Shown piece by piece: positions 25,864-33,830 of a stretch of 35,931 nt of DNA (positions within the stretch are counted from its first letter, which is position 1; every line of letters begins with the position of its first letter). The notes under the pieces are model-generated. The model saw only the letters and a list, made by a program, of their open reading frames with translations, was not told the origin of the DNA and did no database searches. A program made the position numbers and the translations under genes. This stretch comes from a virus (Duplodnaviria > Caudoviricetes), in the IMG/VR virus record IMGVR_UViG_3300017754_002644, positions 1 to 35,931 of that record; one strand, given 5' to 3'.

Positions 25864-26207
25864 TTCCCAATCTTTCCGAATGGCTGGTTTACATTCCAGA
25901 CAAGACCGCTTGCAAAAGCAACGCTTGGCAGGAGTGGTTTAAGGCCATCTTTGCAGAATTGGCAGAGCGCGGCTTTGAATACAAAGGCTCTGAGCGTGAC
26001 ATCACAGACGGCTTCGACCTTGTATTCAGCAACGGCGAGGCAACCGTTTACGCCAGCCGCGAGTCCGTCACTACCATGAACTACGTGCCATCGGTCACGT
26101 TCACGGATTCGGCGGAGTGCTGGGAGGTGGTGTTTACTGTTACCTCGCCAATCAAAGCAGTGAAGAAGCTGATCGAGGAAATTCTACCGGAGGAACGCTA
26201 TGAATAA
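25860..26207 (+). CDS. Hypothetical protein
   Basis: 115 aa; SD and ATGA overlap. Confidence 0.6.
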   Translation: MIPNLSEWLVYIPDKTACKSNAWQEWFKAIFAELAERGFEYKGSERDITDGFDLVFSNGEATVYASRESVTTMNYVPSVTFTDSAECWEVVFTVTSPIKAVKKLIEEILPEERYE

Positions 26208-26430
26208 CCTATCTACCTTTAAATTCCGTAGCTCGTCACAAGATCGCGTGACAGACAACCGGGCGCAGTGGTATCTCCGCATGGATGACCTCCGCCGCGC
26301 CAACTCTCCACGCCAGCGCAGGCTTGCGGCACAACGCAGCTTTATGCTTGCTCGCTATCACGAAACACTTTCGACCATCGCGGGCGGCATCCTGCTAGTT
26401 GTCATAATCCTCTGCCTTTTCTTCATCTAA
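26200..26430 (+). CDS. Hypothetical protein with C-terminal TM helix
   Basis: 'IAGGILLVVIILCLFFI' at the C-terminus; SD GGAGG. Confidence 0.6.
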   Translation: MNNLSTFKFRSSSQDRVTDNRAQWYLRMDDLRRANSPRQRRLAAQRSFMLARYHETLSTIAGGILLVVIILCLFFI

Positions 26431-26443
26431 CATCATCACTACT

Positions 26444-27322
26444 ATGAGCACACAACTCGCTAAATCCACATCATCACCGCTTGCCATCATGGCGGCAAAG
26501 TTCAACGCCGATCCTGCTAAGCTGCTCGACACGCTGAAAGCAACCGTCTTTTCAGCGGCTCGCAACAATGAGGAACTTCAAGCTCTTGTCATCGTTTCCA
26601 ATCAATACGGGCTTAATCCGCTCACAAAGGAGATTTACGCATTCCCGGCCAAGGGGGGCGGCATTGTCCCAGTTGTCTCCATTGACGGCTGGGCAAACCT
26701 TGCCAACTCACATCCCGCTATGGACGGCGTGGATTTCGAGTGGTGTCACGATGAAGGCAAACTCATTTCCTGCACGGCCATCATCTACCGAAAAGACCGC
26801 ACGCACCCCGTCAAGGTCACTGAGTATCTGTCCGAGTGCAAACGCGCAACTGATCCGTGGAAGATGGAGCATAGAATGCTGCGCCATAAAGCGTTCTGCC
26901 AGTGCGTTCGCATTGCGTTTGGGTTTTCCGGCATTTACGACGAGGACGAGGCCGAGCGCATCACATCAACCCGCGACGTGACGCCAAAAGCTGAGTCATC
27001 CCCGCTCTTCAAGAATCTCGCGCCATCGGCGCAGACTGCCGCCTCACCTCGTGCAAATCAGGGCGATGTGCCCGAGGTCAACAACGAGGCGGCAGAATCC
27101 TCTCTCTTTGAGGTTGTGCCGGTCACGTTGCATGAGCAGGTGTCGTTAAAGCTGGCAGCATCCAGCCTCAAATGGTCTGACGTTCTGGGCAAGCTCCAGG
27201 AATCCGGCATCGGCGGAGACTCCTTCGTGCCACTGATCGACGCCGACGAGGACACGCTGAAAAGCACGTTGGAACTCTGGGCGGGCATCGAGGCTGCGAT
27301 TAGAAAGGAGGGCGCGAAGTAA
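26444..27322 (+). CDS. bet: Single-strand annealing recombinase, Red-beta/RecT family
   Basis: 'QYGLNPLTKEIYAFP..GGIVPVVSIDGW', 'RMLRHKA..QC.RIAFGFSGIYDEDEAERI'. Confidence 0.92.
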   Translation: MSTQLAKSTSSPLAIMAAKFNADPAKLLDTLKATVFSAARNNEELQALVIVSNQYGLNPLTKEIYAFPAKGGGIVPVVSIDGWANLANSHPAMDGVDFEWCHDEGKLISCTAIIYRKDRTHPVKVTEYLSECKRATDPWKMEHRMLRHKAFCQCVRIAFGFSGIYDEDEAERITSTRDVTPKAESSPLFKNLAPSAQTAASPRANQGDVPEVNNEAAESSLFEVVPVTLHEQVSLKLAASSLKWSDVLGKLQESGIGGDSFVPLIDADEDTLKSTLELWAGIEAAIRKEGAK

Positions 27323-27648
27323 TGAGCACACAACATACACCGGGGCCGCTTACTTGGCGAATGGGGGCACACATTCCAGAGGTTAAAGGACCGCTTGGCA
27401 TTGGCGTTTGTTATTGTCCTGTTGCAATTATTGCAGAAAACAAAGAGTCGTATCAAATTCGCATGGATGAAGCGACGGCCAATGCTAGACTTTTTGCAGC
27501 TGCCCCTGATCTTCTTGAGTCTTTGGAGAAGTGCGCTGCGGTTATTGGAGCGCCACAAAAAGGACATTGGGCGACTGACGACGAAGTGAACGACGCTTAT
27601 GACAGTGCCGTTGCAGCAATCGCTAAAGCGAAAGGAGGCGACCAGTGA
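27322..27648 (+). CDS. Conserved phage hypothetical protein (HTPGP...ANARLxAAAPDLL family)
   Basis: Both signature motifs are present. Confidence 0.7.
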   Translation: MSTQHTPGPLTWRMGAHIPEVKGPLGIGVCYCPVAIIAENKESYQIRMDEATANARLFAAAPDLLESLEKCAAVIGAPQKGHWATDDEVNDAYDSAVAAIAKAKGGDQ

Positions 27649-28820
27649 GCACTTACAACAATCCCTTTTTCAATGTTCCCAGCGCCTCAAAGTTAGGTCG
27701 CATCATGGAGTGTCCCGCGAGTCACAAAGCCGAGCTAGCCGCAGGCGATGTGCCAGAGGACACCCGAGACGCCGAGGTAGGGCAGGACGTTCACGGCGTA
27801 TTGTCAGAAGACATCAGCGCCGATGAGGTCAGCTACACAGCAGCGCAGACGTCGGAGATGTGCGAGGAACAAACGCAACGGTTGCTTGCCGATTGGCAGG
27901 AGCCGGGGGAAGTGCCGCTTGGATTCATGGAAGTGCGTTACGCTTTGACTGACATCGGCGCGGTAATCCCTGCCGATCCAGAGACTAAAGCCAGCGTCAT
28001 CTTCACCGGCCAATTCGACCGGCTATATGTTCAAGGCGAGCGCGGGCTTTTGATCGACTTCAAAGCGCTGCACGGTAAGCACAAGTCGGCCATCGAGAAC
28101 CCGCAGCTCATGGGCCTTGCCGTTCTTGTGGCAAAGCGTCACAAGCTAACATCTCTCCGCGTGGCACTCGTCCAACCTTGGAAAGGAAAGCCAACCGTGG
28201 CGGATTATGGCAAGAACGGGCTGGAATTAGCTCACGGCGCTTTGATCCAGATTCTCGATGCCGAGCGCAACGCCGGGCCAGATGACCGCAAGGCGGGTGA
28301 CTGGTGCAAATACTGCCGCGCTCGTTTTAGCTGCGACACGTTCAAAAACCAGAACATCACCGCGCTAGACATCGTAAAACCCGAGACGCTGCCAGCCGAT
28401 CTCGACACACGCAATAAGGCGGTGTTTGCTCGCATGGCGGAGCTAACGCCGCAACAGCTAATCCACATTCAAAAGAACGTCGTGAAGCTCATGGGCGTTT
28501 TCATCGCTTCTCATGCCGCCATCTTCAAGCAGCGCGTTGAGGCTGGCGAGATCCCAGGATACACGCTCAAGGAAAAATCAGGACGCCGTAAGATCACCAA
28601 CGTCGCAACGGCATACGAACGCGCTGCCGCCCACGGCGTCACTCCTGAGGCTTTCACGGCTAAATGCACACTTAGCCTGAAAGGGCTGAATGAAGCGCTC
28701 AAAGATGCCACAAGAGCGAAAGGTAAGGCTCTTGAGGCAATGGCAGCGCAGGTGCTGCGAGGCATCACAGATACAGGCAAGCCAACTTTTGAGGTTGTCG
28801 AAGTCGCCGCGTTAGAGTAG
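27645..28820 (+). CDS. Cas4-like PD-(D/E)xK exonuclease (DUF2800-like), recombination partner of Bet
   Basis: 'SAS...CP' N-terminus, 'GQFD..LIDFK', 'QL..LA' and 'WCKYCRARFSC' Cys cluster. Confidence 0.8.
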   Translation: MSTYNNPFFNVPSASKLGRIMECPASHKAELAAGDVPEDTRDAEVGQDVHGVLSEDISADEVSYTAAQTSEMCEEQTQRLLADWQEPGEVPLGFMEVRYALTDIGAVIPADPETKASVIFTGQFDRLYVQGERGLLIDFKALHGKHKSAIENPQLMGLAVLVAKRHKLTSLRVALVQPWKGKPTVADYGKNGLELAHGALIQILDAERNAGPDDRKAGDWCKYCRARFSCDTFKNQNITALDIVKPETLPADLDTRNKAVFARMAELTPQQLIHIQKNVVKLMGVFIASHAAIFKQRVEAGEIPGYTLKEKSGRRKITNVATAYERAAAHGVTPEAFTAKCTLSLKGLNEALKDATRAKGKALEAMAAQVLRGITDTGKPTFEVVEVAALE

Positions 28821-28851
28821 AAAATCACCCCAATCATCACACATCATCACA

Positions 28852-31050
28852 ATGGAAAACATCGACTACGATCAATTTATCACACAGAAAACCAAACGCT
28901 TTGAATCTCACGGATTTGAGCCGCTGCCACTAATAGTGCCAGCGTTTGACTGGCAAGCGCACGTTATTCAATGGGCAGTTCGCAAGGGACGCGCTGCATT
29001 ATTCGAAGATTGCGGACTTGGTAAGACTCTCCAACAGCTTGAGTGGGCATCGCAAGTGTGCCGTCATTCTGGCGGCAGCGTGATCGTTCTTACGCCGCTT
29101 GCGGTTGCTCACCAAACAGCCAAGGAAGCATCCAAGTTTGGACTCGTCGCAACCGTGGCAGAGTCTCAAACGGATGTTACATCGCCAGGCATCTGGATCA
29201 CTAATTACGAGAAGCTTGAGCACTTTGACGCAGCCGCATTTGTTGGCGTCGTTCTTGATGAATCATCCATCCTGAAAAACTTCACGGGCAAGATGCGCAA
29301 GATGCTGACTGAAAAATTCAGTCAGACTCCGTATCGGCTTTGCTGCACGGCTACACCGTCACCAAACGACTATACTGAGTTCGGCCAGCACGCTGACTTC
29401 CTCGGCGTTTGCTCACCTGCGCAGATGCTTGCCACGTTCTTCCTGAATGACACATTTAACACTGGCGACTGGCGATTGAAAAAGCACGCCGAGTCGGAGT
29501 TCTGGGCGTGGCTTGCATCGTGGGCGGCGTGCGTTTCTAAACCTTCCGACATCGGTTTTTCAGATGATGGCTATATTCTGCCACCGCTGAATATGCGCAG
29601 CATCACGGTAGATGTGGATTGGACCGAAGGCGCAAAAGAGGATGAGCTTTTTCGCTCTCCAACGCTTAGCGCCACAACGATGCACGAAGAGATGCGGATG
29701 ACTTCGCAAGCTCGCGCTGAGAAAGTGGCGGGGTTGGTTAATGGATCGCCTGAATCGTGGATTGTCTGGTGTAATACGAATGACGAATCCGAGAGGCTGG
29801 CGGCATTGATTCCTGATGGGGTGGAAATTCAAGGCTCTGATAGCGCCAAGAAAAAAGAACAAGCCGCAGACGATTTTGTGAGTGGTAAGATTCGCGTCCT
29901 TATTAGTAAAAGCGGCATCTTTGGATTTGGCATGAATTGGCAGCACTGCTGGAACGTGGCATTTGTTGGTTTGTCCTATTCGTTTGAGTCATTTTACCAA
30001 GCGCTCCGCAGGTCTTACCGCTTCGGCCAAACGCACGAAGTAAACGCCTATATTGTCAACGCAGCCACCGAGGGAGCCATCATCAAGAACGTCACAGAGA
30101 AGATCAACCGGCACAAAGCGATGCAGGAGAAAATGAAGCTCGCGGCATCAGCATTCCAGTCACAACAGAAAAAGCTCACTATGAAAACAGACATCACCAC
30201 CGCAGTCGGCAACGGCTGGCAACTCCATCACGGCGACTGTGTTCGCGTCATTCGTGAAATTGAAAGCGAGTCCATTGACTTCTCGGTATTCTCTCCGCCA
30301 TTTGCAGACTTGTTCACATACTCGAACGACCTTCAGGATATGGGCAACTGCTCCGACATGGAGGAGTTCATGGGGCATTTCGGCATCCTTATTGACGAGC
30401 TTTACAGGGTCATGAAGGAAGGGCGCATCGTGGCGGTGCATTGCGTCGATCTGCTTTCCACCATGAGCAAACATGGAAAGATCGAGTTCCAAGACTTCTC
30501 TGGCGAGATCAAGAACGCCTTTCGCGCTCGCGGGTTTCTCTTTCACTGCCCGATAACCATCTGGAAGTCTCCAGTCACTGAGATGCAACGCACGAAAGCG
30601 CACGGGCTGCTTTACAAAACTCTCAAGTCTGACTCGTGCAAATCCCGCGTTGGTTGCGCTGACTACCTGCTCGCATTCCGCAAGCCGGGAGAGAATCAGG
30701 AGCCGGTCACGAAAGACCCGAACAAGTATCCTGTGGACTGGTGGCAGGAAGTTGCATCGCCGGTTTGGATGACGGTCGATCAAGGGCGCGTCTTGAATAA
30801 AGACGGGGCGCGAGACAATAACGACGAGCGCCACATCTGCCCGCTCCAACTCGATGTGATTGAGCGCGCAGTTGAGCTTTGGAGCAATCCCGGCGACTTG
30901 GTTTACTCACCGTTTACTGGCATTGGCAGCGAGGGTGTGGGCGCTTTGACTTTGGATCGCCGGTTTATTGGCTCTGAACTCAAGGAGTCGTATTTTAATC
31001 AAGCGCGGCAGAATCTTGCGAACGCGAAAGCTCAACTCACGCTCTTCTAA
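28852..31050 (+). CDS. SF2 (SNF2-like) helicase fused to a beta-class N4-C/N6-A DNA methyltransferase
   Basis: Helicase motifs 'CGLGKT', 'LDES', 'TATPSPN' and 'QALRRSYRFGQ'; MTase motifs 'HGDC', 'FSPPF' (IV) and 'SPFTGIGSEG' (I). Confidence 0.88.
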   Translation: MENIDYDQFITQKTKRFESHGFEPLPLIVPAFDWQAHVIQWAVRKGRAALFEDCGLGKTLQQLEWASQVCRHSGGSVIVLTPLAVAHQTAKEASKFGLVATVAESQTDVTSPGIWITNYEKLEHFDAAAFVGVVLDESSILKNFTGKMRKMLTEKFSQTPYRLCCTATPSPNDYTEFGQHADFLGVCSPAQMLATFFLNDTFNTGDWRLKKHAESEFWAWLASWAACVSKPSDIGFSDDGYILPPLNMRSITVDVDWTEGAKEDELFRSPTLSATTMHEEMRMTSQARAEKVAGLVNGSPESWIVWCNTNDESERLAALIPDGVEIQGSDSAKKKEQAADDFVSGKIRVLISKSGIFGFGMNWQHCWNVAFVGLSYSFESFYQALRRSYRFGQTHEVNAYIVNAATEGAIIKNVTEKINRHKAMQEKMKLAASAFQSQQKKLTMKTDITTAVGNGWQLHHGDCVRVIREIESESIDFSVFSPPFADLFTYSNDLQDMGNCSDMEEFMGHFGILIDELYRVMKEGRIVAVHCVDLLSTMSKHGKIEFQDFSGEIKNAFRARGFLFHCPITIWKSPVTEMQRTKAHGLLYKTLKSDSCKSRVGCADYLLAFRKPGENQEPVTKDPNKYPVDWWQEVASPVWMTVDQGRVLNKDGARDNNDERHICPLQLDVIERAVELWSNPGDLVYSPFTGIGSEGVGALTLDRRFIGSELKESYFNQARQNLANAKAQLTLF

Positions 31051-31424
31051 TGACCGCCATCACCATCACCCTACCCCTCCCCGACAAGTGCCTTTCTCCA
31101 AACGCCCGCGTGCATTGGGTGAAAAAGGCGAAGGTTGTGAAGTCTTACCGCCGCTTGGCTGGCTGGACTGTGCTTTGCCAGATTCACCCATTAAATCCCC
31201 CCTTGGAACGCTGGCAAAAAGCAAAATACACTGCCCGCTTTTACTTCCCAGATAAACGACGCAGGGACGCCGACAACGCCATTGCCTCAATCAAAAGCGC
31301 CCTGGATGGCGTGGCCGACGCTGGCCTAGTCGTCAACGATTCCGGCTTGTGGCCCGAACGTCCAGAGTTCCTGATCGACAAAGAAAGCCCACGACTTGAA
31401 ATCACATTTACCAAAGAAGCATAA
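31050..31424 (+). CDS. rusA: RusA-like Holliday junction resolvase
   Basis: 'LSPN', 'RRRDADN..K..LDG..ND' acidic catalytic pattern. Confidence 0.75.
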   Translation: MTAITITLPLPDKCLSPNARVHWVKKAKVVKSYRRLAGWTVLCQIHPLNPPLERWQKAKYTARFYFPDKRRRDADNAIASIKSALDGVADAGLVVNDSGLWPERPEFLIDKESPRLEITFTKEA

Positions 31425-31427
31425 CCC

Positions 31428-31802
31428 ATGAAAAAACTGAACATCTCAATCAACCTCCTGCAACTTCAAGGCGCCGTCCGCGCCACCATTAAGGGCGAAG
31501 ACTGCATCGTCATCCGACTCGCTAAAAGCCGCGCCAAACCGCATCAGAACGGCAAGGTGTATCTCAACCTTGAAGCCGTGACGAACAAGAACGGCGCTGA
31601 CGACTACGGCAATACTCACTTTGTCTGCGAGCCCTCCACGAAGGAAGAGCGCGAATCCGGTGCGGAGCGTTTGCCTATCATCGGCAACGGCAAGGAGTGG
31701 AGCAACGAGGGGCAGCAAGCCGCGCCACCGCGCACGACTCGCCAGACTTCACGGGCGCAACCGCAGGACGAATCTGAAGACGACCAAAGCATTCCATTCT
31801 GA
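31428..31802 (+). CDS. Putative single-stranded DNA-binding protein
   Basis: Beta-rich N-terminus, 'PIIGNGK' and acidic tail 'EDDQSIPF'. Confidence 0.65.
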   Translation: MKKLNISINLLQLQGAVRATIKGEDCIVIRLAKSRAKPHQNGKVYLNLEAVTNKNGADDYGNTHFVCEPSTKEERESGAERLPIIGNGKEWSNEGQQAAPPRTTRQTSRAQPQDESEDDQSIPF

Positions 31803-31813
31803 CCATCATCACC

Positions 31814-32128
31814 ATGAAAACATCATCACGAAAACCACGCCAAAAAAGCACCGTCACAACCGAATGGACCGAACGAGCCAAAGCCGCAGAGTTGCACATA
31901 CCCGGCATTTCCATCGGTCATGTCCAGAAGCTCCTAGAAATCCAAGCGGAGCCGCTGCCAATAGGCGTGAAGATCAAAGGCAGGAAAAATATTCCTTCGC
32001 CATCGTCTAAGTGCAGCATCGGGCCTCACATTACCAACGGATTCCTGCGCTTGGAGTCCGGCTTTTACCGGATCACTTGGAAAGGCGAGTTTTACCTCAA
32101 CCAACTGCGGGAGGCTGGGCTGATATGA
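31814..32128 (+). CDS. Hypothetical protein (possible winged helix)
   Basis: C-terminal 'GFL..YRITWKGE.YL' wing-like motif; CATCATCAC leader. Confidence 0.55.
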   Translation: MKTSSRKPRQKSTVTTEWTERAKAAELHIPGISIGHVQKLLEIQAEPLPIGVKIKGRKNIPSPSSKCSIGPHITNGFLRLESGFYRITWKGEFYLNQLREAGLI

Positions 32129-32400
32129 GATCCATCATCGAACGCATCCAGCAGTCTGAGGACGTCTTTAAAGCTGCCAAGCTGAATCGTGACGAGGCTT
32201 ACAAGGCGTTTGCCTTGTTTGTCCGGCAGCGCATGGAAAAGAGCGGCATTCACGGCGGCATCGTATGTCAACGCATGGGCTGGAAGCGTCACACGCTGGG
32301 CAATTTGCTGAATCAGGGTGACCGGCTGCCCGAGGCTGAAATGCTCCGGCTGGTCGATTCTTTGCACCCGCTGACGGCAGAGGAAGGGAGGGCGAGATGA
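32125..32400 (+). CDS. Hypothetical protein (possible HTH)
   Basis: Start reassigned to ATG 32125 (SD GGGAGG, ATGA overlap). Confidence 0.55.
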   Translation: MRSIIERIQQSEDVFKAAKLNRDEAYKAFALFVRQRMEKSGIHGGIVCQRMGWKRHTLGNLLNQGDRLPEAEMLRLVDSLHPLTAEEGRAR

Positions 32401-32621
32401 AGCTAAGAGCTTACCACAACCCTCAAAAAGCCGACGAGTCACTTGTTCCCGATGGCTGGCGAATGCTTTATGCTGACGAGTTCCCGCTTGAGCGCAAAGT
32501 GCCGTGCCGTTTGTTTGTGAGGCCGATGGATCAAAAGTGGGGGCCATGTCATTTTGATATGAAACCAGATCGCACCGGCAGAATCGCAGACATAACCTAC
32601 ATCGTCCCCGTCGCGCTATGA
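32397..32621 (+). CDS. Hypothetical protein
   Basis: 74 aa; SD and ATGA overlap. Confidence 0.55.
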   Translation: MKLRAYHNPQKADESLVPDGWRMLYADEFPLERKVPCRLFVRPMDQKWGPCHFDMKPDRTGRIADITYIVPVAL

Positions 32622-32718
32622 ACTCCAAGCTTGAATCTTGCCCGAATTTGTGGTAAAAGATCGCGCCGATTGGAGGTCGAAACTCCGCACGGCGCTAACC
32701 TCAAAACATACTATTACT

Positions 32719-33354
32719 ATGAATGAAGCTATTAAAACAGGTGCCACGCGCACAAAGGAAATCAAGCTCACATCTGCCGAGATGGCAAGGTTCTGGGCGA
32801 AGGTGAACAAAAACGGCCCAACAATGCCACACATGGATTCCCCGTGTTGGACTTGGACGCCAAGTAGAAATTTAGGCGAATATGGAAGGTTTCGCGCTAA
32901 TGGTAAATTTCACAAAGCCCACAGGTTGTCATGGATGATTCATCGCGGCGAAATTCCACACGATGGAAGCAGTCACGGCATTTGCGCATGTCACCGCTGC
33001 GACAATCCATCCTGCGTGAATCCCGCTCATTTATTCCTTGGCACTCACGCCGATAATGTGCGCGACAGAGAATTAAAGGGGCGCAGGACCCCATTGAGCG
33101 GAGATCATCATTGGACACGATTTAAACCTGAGAAATTGGCCCGTGGGGATAGGCATAGATCGCGAACAAAGCCTGAAACTTTAAAAAGAGGAGAAGCCCA
33201 TGGGCAGGCTAAATTAACATCCGAAAACGTTATTCAGATACGTGAACTTGCTATGACGGGCATGTCTGCGACAGCCATTGGAAAACTTTTTGGCCTTGCA
33301 AAGTCTTCCATTCAAAGCGTCATCGCTCATAAAACTTGGAGGCATATTTTATGA
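32719..33354 (+). CDS. HNH homing endonuclease with C-terminal HTH
   Basis: 'RFWAKV', 'CWTW', 'AHRLSW', 'CHRCDNPSCVNPAHLFLGTHADN' and 'AKLT..V.QIR' motifs; lower GC than the flanks. Confidence 0.9.
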   Translation: MNEAIKTGATRTKEIKLTSAEMARFWAKVNKNGPTMPHMDSPCWTWTPSRNLGEYGRFRANGKFHKAHRLSWMIHRGEIPHDGSSHGICACHRCDNPSCVNPAHLFLGTHADNVRDRELKGRRTPLSGDHHWTRFKPEKLARGDRHRSRTKPETLKRGEAHGQAKLTSENVIQIRELAMTGMSATAIGKLFGLAKSSIQSVIAHKTWRHIL

Positions 33355-33479
33355 AAACCTGTTTACGTTGTTTGGGCCGTGGTAAAATCCTTGTAAACAC
33401 TGGCACTGGCAGAACTGAGCCTTGCCCGAGGTGTAAATGTAACGGCCAAATCACTTGCCACGCCGAGCCGAAAAAGTAG
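33351..33479 (+). CDS. 42-aa DnaJ-type zinc-finger peptide (CLRCLGRG...CPRCKCNG)
   Basis: SD GGAGG, ATGA overlap with HNH stop, two CxxCxxxG motifs. Confidence 0.6.
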   Translation: MKTCLRCLGRGKILVNTGTGRTEPCPRCKCNGQITCHAEPKK

Positions 33480-33613
33480 AGTGACAGCGCCGAAAGGCAA
33501 GCCGACTGGAAACGGCTATCGCATCATGAACCAAAGTAATAAAACGCCCCCAGCCCGTGAGGAATACCGCAGCGATACGGTTTCCAGCCTCGCGGTTCTG
33601 GGGGCGGCCTTTT
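33455..33613 (+). promoter_or_regulatory. Promoter plus kissing-loop attenuator-like RNA leader of the replication operon
   Basis: TTGCCA-16-TAGAGT; GCC-GAAA-GGC; AGCCG-ACTGGAAA-CGGCT; long GC stem 33545-33606 containing GTTTCCAG, followed by TTTT. Confidence 0.65.
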
Positions 33614-33617
33614 GCTC

Positions 33618-33830
33618 ATGAAAATAAAAACGCCAATGCCCGAAGGTCATAAGATCCGTGATGCCTCATTCCGCATAAAACGCGATGCGAGCGGTCAAAT
33701 CCACATTCGATGTGAACTCGCGGCAATTCCAACGCTCGCAGATTTGATATATATTCTGTCCACATCGCAGGCTGAACAGTTAGCCAAAGCCATTCAGCTA
33801 ATGACAAAAGGAGAGGGGGTGGAAGATTGA
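33618..33830 (+). CDS. Hypothetical protein
   Basis: 70 aa, lies between the leader RNA and the initiator. Confidence 0.55.
   Translation: MKIKTPMPEGHKIRDASFRIKRDASGQIHIRCELAAIPTLADLIYILSTSQAEQLAKAIQLMTKGEGVED

Noticed and set aside
26369-26376. TTTCGACC as partner of the GTCGAAA loop at 32676
   Set aside because: It is 6 kb upstream, inside a CDS and not in a hairpin loop; consistent with chance.
27645-28820. CRISPR-associated cas4 or CRISPR array
   Set aside because: No repeat-spacer array or other cas genes; the position next to bet indicates a recombination exonuclease.
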